Source: Bilabrum cf. latius | Taxonomy: Eukaryota | Direction of reading: 5' to 3' | DNA length: 64,000 nucleotides | NCBI GenBank assembly: GCA_965178125.1 | Contig: OZ237735.1 | Location: forward strand, 434,001-498,000 | Shown: piece by piece, positions 38,037 to 48,555 of the stretch | Position numbering within the stretch: position 1 is the stretch's first letter | Layout of the letters: each line of letters opens with the position of its first letter | Made by a program: the position numbers and the translations under genes | The notes under the pieces: generated by a model | Databases searched by the model: none | What the model saw: the letters and a program-made list of their open reading frames with translations, nothing else | What the model was told of the DNA's origin: nothing

Positions 38037-40976
38037 ATGAATTCCGAAAGTCAGGGACAATACTCCATGGCACAAACTGGTATCGCAGATAACTCAAATG
38101 AGGATGTTGATTCTGCAACACCAAAAGCGTTTCTTGGGGTAGTGCTGCACCGCAGCGCCAAGGGTACTAGTACAGCGAAAGCCCGAGCAAGCCTAAGCAA
38201 AGCCACTGCATCCAAGTAGCTATCTACTGGAGAAGTTGTTAGGCTTGGTTTCTCGTTCTTCGATTCATCCAAGTCATCCATTCTGGTTGGGTCTGTGGTT
38301 GTCCGAGGAGATGAGCTCGACAGCGTTTTGCAACGCGAGATATCAGGAAAGCTGCTCGCGGGCAGAGAGCTGGCAGGGGTCGTGTGCATGAGAGATCAAG
38401 CTCACATTGTTAAATCTGCTTTGAGACCGAATTTATCGACATCAATTTCGTCTGCAGACAGCAGCGGTTCAGCGGCAAGTTCTGTCAGCGGGCCGCAGCG
38501 AGCAGTACTCGACACGGTCCCTGCTGCTAGGGGAAAGTCAGACGAGAACGCTGCCACTATTCTAGGCACACTCTTCGAAAATATAGTTGCATCCCTGGGA
38601 AGCAATCCAACGCGACAAGAGTATCGGATTGGAGTGGCGTCGGTGATGGACTTCTCAGATGCGGCACAGGTTGTATCGTGTGGGATGCTGATAGACTATC
38701 TCAAACGACTGAAGCTCATCGGGGCGGACGGTGCATCACCCAGTGCGTTTGACCAGACTTCGAAGCCGCAATGCTTAGTTCGGTCTCTGCAGCCGGCTCG
38801 CTTGAGCGAATATGTGTTCACTGACGACGCGACCCTGCACGCGTTACAGGTCTTCTCTAGGGACGACCACCCTGTTGTGTCTCGAGGCAAGCAGAGATCT
38901 AAAGAAGGCGTATCAATGTACTCAATTTTTGCAGACCGACTGGCCAGGGCAGACTCTAGAGGCAGACTTCGTGAGATGCTGAAGCAGCCATCCTGCAGTA
39001 TGGTCACGCTGGGCATTCGCCAAAGCGCAGTTCAGGAGCTCGTTGATGCCTGGTAGACATGCCCAGAAGCTGTCAACAGGCTCCAAAAGTGGATGGCGCC
39101 AACTTCACTCCTAACGACGACAGCCAGAAGCTTCCAGAAGTACGATCACTCCAAGCAACTCTGGTTGCGCCTCAAGTCTGCAGTGGCAGGCAGCCGCGCT
39201 GCACTGGAGGGCCTCCGGGCGGTGCTCTCTAACCTCGAGTCAACTCCTACGGATGAATCAGGTGCAACATCTGAACAGGAAACTTCGAGCACTGGTGAGT
39301 TCATCGGCGCTGTGATCACCGATGTTGAGGAGTGCGAGCAGACCATGGGGCTGGACAGGCAGCTGTCCGTATCCATCGATTGGGACCGCACCGCTGCAGC
39401 ATCTGACAGAGTTTACGTTGCTACTGGAGTCGACGATGAACTGGATCAACTAAGAGAAATTCAAGAAAGCCTGCCCGTTGAACTTGAAGCTGCGAACCGG
39501 AGGATCCGAGAGGAGGTTGGTGCTCGCCTCGGTGCCTTCGAGCTCGAATCGGTGCCGCAGCTCGGGTGCCTCATGTCTCTCCCAAGGACGTCGATCCCGA
39601 ACAACACTTCAGAGGGCTAGGAAGCTCTCCAAAGCTTCAAATTTATTCTGGAGCAGGAAGACATGGTCTACTTCCGACACGCTGAGACCGAGGCGATTGA
39701 CGCAAAGTACGGGGACCTGCACCAAAAGGTGCGGGACCGAGAGGACGCAGTTCTCAGGTCGCTCCACACAACCATTCAGGAAGCAGTCGAGGACATGATG
39801 TTCTTGGCAGCTATTTTGGCAGACCTAGACGTAATGCTTGCGTTTGCTTCGGTTGCAGTCGACTTCAACTTCGTACGACCGACGCTCACCAATGAGAGCC
39901 CGTCTTCAGTGATGGAGTAGTGCTGGCACCCGATTCTTGAATACATTCACGAAAGGTGAGAGTATTGAGATAGGCTGAAAGGAAGTGTAATAGACTGCTG
40001 CACTTCTTTATTGTACAAATGTTCCGTGCAAGATTGCATCTACTTGCCCCGCAGCGCAATCCCAAACGACGTGAGCATCGGCGGCGCAGAGCCAGCAGTG
40101 GCCCTAATCACTGGGCCAAACGCATCGGGAAAGAGCGTTTATCTCAAGTCTGTCGCATTATGCTAGTACTTGGCTCAGATTGGAAGTTTTGTCCCGGCAC
40201 GCCAAGCAACTATCGGCTTAGCATCCGGGATCATTGCGTGCATGAGCGCACCTGAGTCGTGAGTCTGCTGCGCGTCACCAAGAGAGTAACTGCCCTATTC
40301 GTATTGCAAGAAACGGCTCATACGCTTGGATTCAATCTCATACTGCAGAGTCACATCTGGACTGTCCTCATTTCAACACGAACTGGTTGACGCGGGACGT
40401 GCCCTCGCAATGTGCGACAACCGCACGATGATCGTGATGGACGAGTTTGGCCGCGGGACGCACTCCAAGGACGGAGCTGCGCTGCTTGCAGCCCTTGTCA
40501 GGCACTTGTCGGAATCATACCCAAGCGCAAGGGTTCTGGTTGCTACGCATTTTACCGAAGTATTGGACGAGAGGGTGCTCGGAATGGCGATCAAGCTGTC
40601 CGACCGGGCGCCAGGTGAGCACGACAAGAGCGGTGCGGCTGGAGCACAGACCGACGGGGGTTCCGACATGGTGTCTACGGAGGGCACAGCAAAGTAGCGG
40701 CTCTAGGAAGCAAGTGCAGCTGGCGAGGCAAGGATTGCCTGCTTTTGCATGCAGGTCCGCTTTCAAGATGCACCGCAGGAGAGCATCGGGAGCAAGCGTG
40801 CTCGTGACGACTCACGCAGCATGCAAGATGTCGAACCGCTCTTCCTCTTGGCACGAGGCATCTGTGACGGGTCATTCGGAATAGAATGCGCAAGCCGGGC
40901 GGGCGTTCCCTGGAGTGTCTGCCTTCGAGCCAAACAAGTGGTGGGGCAGCTGCATGCTGCAGATGGGTGCGAGTGA
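38037..40976 (+). CDS. MSH5: Meiotic MutS homolog 5; introns 39956-40054, 40259-40348
   Basis: TLHALQVFSRDDHP..KEGVSMYSIF (MSH5-type), LADLDVMLAFA, Walker A ITGPNASGKSVYLK, MDEFGRGT, ATHF. No mismatch-binding domain I evident. TAG-joined; TGA stop. Confidence 0.85.
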
Positions 40977-41110
40977 TCGCTGCCAAGGTGATCGCGATTC
41001 GTAATTCATCCACCCGATCATTAAATGGTTTAGTCTCGGTCTTATGACAGTTTCATGTCCCAGGGTGTGTTTAAAGTCGAAATGATACAACAAAGAGTGT
41101 TTTAGTTCAA

Positions 41111-44100
41111 TTACAGCGGTGGGAGAGAACCACGCGCCGCGACCCGAGATCGACCCAAGCCGCTGCTTGCACGCGAGCGTCGCTGACCTGGCTTTGCACC
41201 TACCCCATCGTGCCTACCAACAATACCGCTTGCATACGTGGCACCATACCTCTACACTAGCGCTCCAGTCCCCCCTGCATCCCTTACTGAGCCAAGCTTG
41301 ATGCCTGTGCTGTTCCGCCCGGCCGATCTCTTGCTTGGTCTCGCACGCTGACCAAAGCCAGCCATACCCAGTGACGGTCCTGCGGTTGGACGCCCCTTTT
41401 TCATGGTAGCGCGACGATGCGATCGCGATTTGCTTGCACCGCCTGCTGCATTCTTACGCTTGCGAGGTCGAGCAGCCTTGCGCTTGCCTGCGCTAGCCTG
41501 CAGCGCGGCAGGGCTCATCGAGCCGGCGGGTTCCATGTAGAACGCGCTGCCGCTCGCAAGCTCAGTGCTCTGCAGTGCTTCGTTTCCCATCGGTGCGTAT
41601 GCAAACGTGGCTGCTGCCGCATTTGCATCGATATCACTGGTGGGAATACCAGCTTCGTGTCCGCTATTCCTGCGGCTGCGCTCCCCGTCATCGGCACCAA
41701 CGTCAACGTCTCGCTCGTCGCGCCGCTTTTGCGCATCCACGTACTTGAGCACCCTGAACTCCTTTTGCATCATGTCGTGCCACCTGCGCTCACCGCTATC
41801 GTACACGACGAGGTGCATGCTCCTCGGCGCGTCGAATGCAGCCACCGTGCCCTTGAGCAGCGTGCCGTACCTCGCGGCTCGGATGGCGACCCTGCAGCCC
41901 GCATCTCTTCGGTCAAATCGGAACCGGCCAGTTCCAGGCCCTTTCTTTGATTTCTTTGGCTTCTTTTTTGCCTTGGCTGCTTGTTTCTTAGATGGCTTGG
42001 CGCCACTTGGCTTCGCCCGGGTGTACGCAACGATGTCGATGTCGAGGGCCCCAACTCCGCCTGCGTGCAGCTGGCTCAGCCTCCAATCGGCTCTCTCCTC
42101 ATCGGGTGCTTCCCGCTTGCCCATCGCACGCCCATCCTTGTACAGGTCTCCCGATCGGATCTCGCTGGTTGCGCTTGCTCGGCGGGTCTTCTTCCTGCGA
42201 ATTTTCTTCTTTTTTCCTGCCCGCGCTGCGGCTGCCGGGGACCTCGACGAAGACGACTACGCCCCGGCTCGTCTTCTTGCAGATAAGAGTGCACTGCCCT
42301 CCCCGTCATCGGAGTCATCGCTCCCAAGCACGACCCCACCCAAGCCCAAGCGGGCGCTGTTACTCTCAGGCGACCATCCCCTGGATGGTGCGCCGCCATC
42401 GGCCGTCCAGCCGCCCGATCCTCCCGAGTCTGCAAGCAGTGCATCGATCGCCGCCGCGCTTCGCTGGTGGTGCTTGGCGCGGGGCAGCCGCTGCTGCGAT
42501 TGCTCCAATCGCGCTTCGCCGGGCCCAAATATTCTTGGACCATCGGTTCGGCCCGTCCCTATCGCGCTTCTATCTGTGAATGCAGCCGAGCCACGGCGGG
42601 CGGATACCAGCCCATCCTGGTTGAGTGGGTCTCCCACAGAGGAGGCTTGCCCGTTGGAGTTCGCCGAAGATGGAGGCACCGGTCCTAGCCGCCGCCCTGA
42701 CTTGGAAAATACAAACTGCTGCAAGTCTGCGGCATCAACCCTTGGCCCTTCGGCCAGCCCTACAGGAAGCGGCGGCACTGGCGAGCTAGGCCCGGTCTTG
42801 ACACCGGCGTGGAGCTTGTTCAGCATCTTCTGCAGGTTCTCCTTCTCTTTCTTGATGGAGCGAACGCCGCGCAGCAGCTCATTCTCCTGCTAGAGAATGC
42901 TCCTCCGCGCCTCATCTGCCAGCTCGGTCAGCTTGACCTGTGCCACGATGCCCTTGGACTCTGACCTGACGATGAGGGCACCCTCCGCATCGCGCGCCAC
43001 CTGCACGTCTTTGCCACGGAATGAGTTGGCCAGCCGAGTGATCCGTTGGCCGACTTCAGTCTGTTCCTCATCGCTGTCAATCAGGTTCGCCAACGCCACA
43101 TAATACTTCACCTTGTCGTTGTTTGGCTCGAAAGGGCGATACAGCTCGTCGCTGCCGTCGTCCTCCGAGTCGCTCCCCGATGAATCTCCGCTGTCCTCCT
43201 CGTCGCTGCTCCTGCTCAGGCTCCCCTCTTCTGCATCCGAGTCCTCGGAATAGTCATCCGAGTACTCATCAGAGTTGCCGTCGTCATCCGCCTGGTTGAT
43301 GCCCCCGCCGGGGGCAGCAGCCCTCGGTGGGACAGGGTGTGTGACACCGCTTCTTGCAGCTCCGGTCGCGCTCTCGTCACCGCCAGCAGAAGTCTATGAG
43401 TAGTCCTCGTCGTCATCGCTCCCAGAATAGCTGCTCTCGGACAGACCATCTGGAACTCCCAGGGCCCCGGATCCCGCCACAGAGAGAACCTCGGGCTTGC
43501 GACGAGCCCTACGCTCGCGCTCGACGTGGCGGGCAGGGCTGCCGGCGGCACTCACTGGTGACGGCAGCTGCACGCGGACCACGCCCGCGCGATCATGATG
43601 CGGACTCAGGGCTGGCAGGTGGGCGTGGCCGCTCCCAGTCGGACTGCTTCCCGGAGAAGACTTGACTGGCTTCCTACCCTTCCGTTTTCGTTTCGAGACC
43701 TTGCGGTGCGTTTTGGCGGGTCGTCGCGCTGCGATGCCGCTCTGCTTGCCTGCGCTCTTCGGTTGCTTCGCTTTCGTGGATGTAATGGGAGACACTGAGA
43801 GCCTGTTGTCGTGTCTCGGAGGCCTCGGCTGCCTGGCAGGGCTTCGGCTACGCACCGGCTGGCTCACTGCCCTCGGGCTTCGTCCCGGTGCCCGGCCTCT
43901 CTGACCTAGAAGCTGCCTGAGCCTGTCGTTCTCTGCTCTAAGCTCGATCACCAGCTGCGCCAGCTCTGCAGCCCGCCGTTCCGCCCTGTTCAGGCGCCTC
44001 ACTTTGGATCGAAGCCTGTCAAGTTCCTAGTTGGCCTGGGCCAGCAGCACCGCATCGTCGATGACCTCGTGAGGCCGCACATTCACCAGCACTTTCCTTG

Positions 44101-45400
44101 CCCTGTCTGCGAAGACCATGGTGCTGATGGAGTCTTCCTTGTTGGGAGCAGTGGGACTGATGGTCGCAATCACCGTGGTGCGCGCCGTGCCGCCCAACGA
44201 GTCCTGCAGCAGCCTCGTCAGCTTCGAGTCTCGATAAGGTATGTGCCTGCGCCCCGAATCCGTGAGTGCGCCAATGCAGTTGCCCAAAGCTGACAGGCTC
44301 TTGTTGATGTGGGTCAGCTCCTTGGCTCGCGCCTTGCCCAGCTCCAGCTTGACGTCCCATTTTTCGCTGCCGGCGAGGTCCACCAGCGAGAGTTTCGCGC
44401 GCCGGAGCACCTTCACCCCGCCATCCGTGCCCTGCTCGACCACGACGGCCAGCTGGAGAATGGCGTGTGACCGCGAGCTGGCGGCGTTCAGCTCGGTGGC
44501 ACGCACGGCTCGGTTGCGCGAGCCCCTGTGCAGCACGCGCATCACTCCCACGGTCGAGTCTACGACCACCTGAGAGAGCCCTTCCACGTACACCTCCGAG
44601 GACCTTCCCGCTCCTCTCTTCTCCCGAATGGCCAGCGGCTTGGCCCTCCTCGCGTCTGCCAGCAGGTCGAAGCACTTGTCATTGTACAGCTCGATGTAGG
44701 AGGCGGTGACGCTCGCTGAGAATGTGCTGTCCTGCTCCTGTCCGCTGCCGATGAGGTTGAAGATTCTCTGCACGGCCCTCGGCATGATGCCCCAGCCGGG
44801 CTCTGCCTTCGGATCCGTCGAGTCTCCGGCGCGGCGGGGGGTGGTCGCAACGGAGGGCGGGCTGCTTCCTGCCGCCGAACCGCTTGCGCCGCTCGCACTG
44901 GCCGCTGAGGGCAGTGATATTGATGCGGCCGCGGACGGGGCCGCGCCGCTTGCTTGAGATCCTTGGGCCGGTGACGGAGGCGGCGGATCAGCCGATCGTC
45001 CTACCTCGGCGGCTCGGCCGCGAAGAGGCGTCGACTGCGCTCGAAGCCTAGCGTCTACGGCCAACAGAGCATGTGCGCTCGTTTCTCCACTTGGAGTGGA
45101 TTCTAACCCTTCACCAAGCATGCTATGTGTTTTCCCGGAGCCCGTTTGCCCGTACGCGAACACTGTGGTGTTGATTCCTTGTAGCACGCCGTCGATGTGG
45201 GAGCGAACGACGCCAAACACATCATCCTACGTCGATTCTGGTCCAAACACTTCATCAAACTCGGCTTGGTGGTTCCCGACCCGAACCACAGCTGCATCGC
45301 GATCCGCCCGTGCTACAACGCTGTCGGGGTCCTGCGAGCGCTCAAACGGCAAAACGGGCCGGACTCGCACGCATACCTGGATTGCTTCGCCAGCTTCCAT
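41111..45400 (-). CDS. N-terminal motor kinesin, about 1429 aa, with acidic/low-complexity tail and Tudor-like segment
   Basis: VCVRVRP, FDEVFGPEST(TAG)DDVF, AYGQTGSGKTHSM, SYIELYN, NAASSRSH, LVDLAGSE, HIPYRDSKLTRLLQDSLGG. Six fragments in one frame; ends TAA 41111-41113. Confidence 0.9.
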
Positions 45401-45525
45401 GGATCGCTTTGTTTTACTTTCGCCTAGCACTGCTTTAATGCCATCGAGCCGTTCGTAAACGAAATCGAACGAAACCGGAACTCAAAACAGTATACACCAT
45501 ACATCCCTCCACTCGAGGCTATCCA

Positions 45526-47130
45526 ATGATTTTCTCCCTCACTATAGCTATTTGTGTCATAGTATTTGCCCACTCGGCGGCGATATGGCCGAAGCCTCAG
45601 TCAATCAAGTGCAATGGAGAATTGACTGGGGTGTCTTGCATGAAACTGCAAACTGCGTTGCCACCAAGCTCTCAAGACTATCAGACACTAAGTGCGAGAT
45701 TCTCTGAGTATCAAGTACTTGTATTTGGGAACGGTGGGGGTTGCACTGCTCAAGATGGTAGGTGCTTGAACGTCAAGGTAGATGTGGCGCACTCACCTGT
45801 GGTTTTTCAGTTTGGGACGGACGAAAGCTTTGAACTGGGAGTAAATGCGAACGATCTCGATGTCTCCATTACTGCGTAGAATATATGGGGTTCCATGCGG
45901 GCTTTTGAGACTCTAAGTCAGCTTGCATCGAATTCTAGCGCGTGGAGCAACTAGACCTTCTCGGCTTGTATGATCCAGTCGTCGCCACGATTTTCTCACC
46001 GGGCGCTAATGGTGGACATCGCTAGGTATTTCTTCAACGCTAGTTTTATCCTGCATACGCTGGACGCAATGTCGTACAACAGCCTGTCCGTGCTTCACTT
46101 GCACGCAACAGATGCCCAATCGTTCCCGCTGGAGCTGCCCGGCCTCGGGTACATGGCGAGCTACGGCGCGTTTCCTCCCCACCAATTCGGGTGTCCCTAC
46201 GACAACTGCACGCTATCAGCAGCAGATATGAAGAGTATCGTCGACAGGGCGCGCGCGCTCGGCATCCGCGTGGTCCTGGAGCTGGACACCCCCGGCCACA
46301 CGCTGGCCTGGTCGGCCTCGCCCCAGCTGGCCGGCGTGTCTGTGCGGTCGTGCTACGTGCCCATCCTCTTTAATAAAGACTCGGTGCCCATGGATCCGAC
46401 CAACGCCACGACCAACGCCACCATCCGAGCGGTTTGGAAGGCCGCGATCGGGGGCGAGGACCCGCTGTTTCCCGACTAGTTCGCCTTCCTGGGGGGCGAT
46501 GAGGTGGACTTCGACTGCTGGAAGAACACACCACGCGTGGCCAAGTGGCTGCAGGAACAAGGCATCACTCCGGAGCAGGCCCAGGCCCAGCTGGTTGCAA
46601 CCGCCCAGTCCGCGGTCGCGTCCCAGGGCAGAATCCCCATGCAGTGGGAGGACGTGCTGCAGCCTGGCAGTGGCGCGGTCCTCGAGCCCAGCACGGTCAT
46701 CGCCGTGTGGCGCAACGCGACCAAGCTGCTACCGGTCTCCCGGGACAGCGGGTACCGCACGGTGCTGTCTGCCGGATGGTACCTGTCTGGGAACCTGATT
46801 ACGCCCAGCCAGTGGTTTGATTTCTACGGGCAGGATCCGTTCGATGGGAGCGGCTGGACCGAGGCGAGCAAGAAGCAAGTGCTCGGGGGTGAGGTGAGCA
46901 AGTGGGGCTGCAGCGGGCTGTGCCTGACGCCCACGACGGCTGACGATTTCGACTACTTTGTCTGGCCCACGGCCTCTGCAGTGGCCGAGGTGCTGTGGAG
47001 CGATCTGCCGCCGAATCGGAGCGCCAACGGCACGGAGGCTCGCGATGCGTACGGTCGGCTGGTCGCGCAGGCGGAGCGCATGCAGGCTAGAGGTATCGCT
47101 TCCAGGATGCCTGCTTCGCTCCAAGCATGA
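45526..47130 (+). CDS. Secreted/lysosomal beta-N-acetylhexosaminidase (GH20), 534 aa
   Basis: Signal peptide, IWPKPQ, WGSMRAFETLSQL, PRFSHRALMVD, ELDTPGHT, FPD(TAG)FAFLGGDEV. Three in-frame TAG; TGA stop. Confidence 0.9.
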
Positions 47131-47299
47131 TGCATGCTTTGTAGTTACTTATTCGTGTCTGGCCAGGTGTTAGACTAGATCTATGCAGATCTTGGCTGCT
47201 GGCACAATAGATCGTGTTTCGTCGCCGCCATTCTCCTTGGAATTGCGAGCTTGTGTTGCACCGATGTTGAAAATTGACTGGTGGACAGCTTTTCGTCCA

Positions 47300-47410
47300 C
47301 AAGATTCATATCAGCACCGTGCACCTGGGGGAGCGCAAGCACCAGTGCAGCGTGTGCGGCAAGCGCTTCAGTCAAGCCAGCAGTCTCAAACTTGAACAGG
47401 CACTTGGACG
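47300..47410 (+). pseudogene. Isolated C2H2 zinc-finger fragment in an intergenic region
   Basis: [28 protein letters not shown]; the completing LNRHL is in a shifted frame. No convincing start. Confidence 0.5.
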
Positions 47411-47638
47411 CGATGCACTGAACCCTATCGACCCGCGAGGGCAGAATACCCCCTTCGATCTGATCGTTCGAACCTGATAGATTCTGTGAGACTGGCTTGA
47501 AAAGACCCGCCTTGCAGGGCTATGCGAGGACAGCTGATATGCGCGTTTGAATCCAGCTGCTTGGTGTGTATAGAGAGTGGCTGGACTTCGACCAGAATAC
47601 CTGCTCATGTGAAAGGCTAGTTCTGTGTATCTTCACGA

Positions 47639-48433
47639 TCAAAGCACCGAGCTGGTTGCCGACATGGCGGCCAGCGCGTCCGACACCTTCACCCCGTCCT
47701 CTCTGCGCCTGGCTGAAGGACTGTTCCCCTCGTTCGCTGGAATCTTGATCGCACCGCTGCTGCCGTCCATCTCCCACCCAAACTGCTTGCAAGCAGCGGA
47801 AACGTCATCAACATTCATGGCAGCCTTGGCCTCATCAACGGGCAAGGTGGTGTACGTCCGTGACAGTGCGAAGGCGATATAGCTTCGCATTGCGTCCACG
47901 AACCCGTGCACATTCTCAATAAGCTTCTGGCTATCCTCGGCGCTGAGTGCTTTCCAGAATCGATCAAAACGAGCCGCCGTAAGGTGCCCCTCGAGCTCCA
48001 ACAGCAACTGCACGTTTGCCTGGCGCAGCATCTTGGGATTCAAGAGGTGAAGAACCAGAGGAAATTCTGGCACTGATGCCATTTGTCCAGTCGCTGCATC
48101 TGGCGCCATCGCCATGAGTGACTGTGACAATGGAACAAAACAAGGCTTGGGGGGAACCACGGTCGGTCTTCAATTGCTACTACATCTAAGCATTCGCTGT
48201 GGAAAGGGCCTCACCTTCAGCAAAATTTTCGTAACAGTAGCCCCTTTTGCCATTACTGGGTACATTTGGTACAACTTGATCAGGGCCCGGTTTATTCTCC
48301 TGTCGTAAGACCCAGTCGCAATCTAGTACTCTACGTGCTGTTCCATGATACCCGCATTCCCGTGTTGAAGCAATTTGGTGGCGTTCAATGCCTTTGCCGT
48401 AGCATCAATGTCACCGAAACTACCAGCAGCCAT
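47639..48433 (-). CDS. EIF3K: Eukaryotic translation initiation factor 3 subunit K; intron 48122-48214
   Basis: EQHVEY(TAG)IATGSYDRRINRALIKLYQMYP..KILLK|SLM..LTAARFDRFW..GFVDAMRSYIAFALSRTY matches the eIF3k/PCI pattern. TGA stop. Alternative start at 48460. Confidence 0.85.
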
Positions 48434-48468
48434 TGTTGCTTGCTTCTATGAGGCCAGCATGGCTTGCC

Positions 48469-48517
48469 GGCGGGAATACCACATTCAGGTTTCATCACGC
48501 TACATTCACATTTCAAA
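48469..48517. promoter_or_regulatory. E2F-like GGCGGGAA plus CHR-like TTCAAA in the eIF3k/RPA1 divergent promoter
   Basis: Motifs at 48469-48476 and 48512-48517, upstream of the RPA1 ATG. Both are short and could be chance. Confidence 0.3.
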
Positions 48518-48555
48518 AAAGTTGCACACCTCCTTCGTGGTCGCATTGTGCTGTC

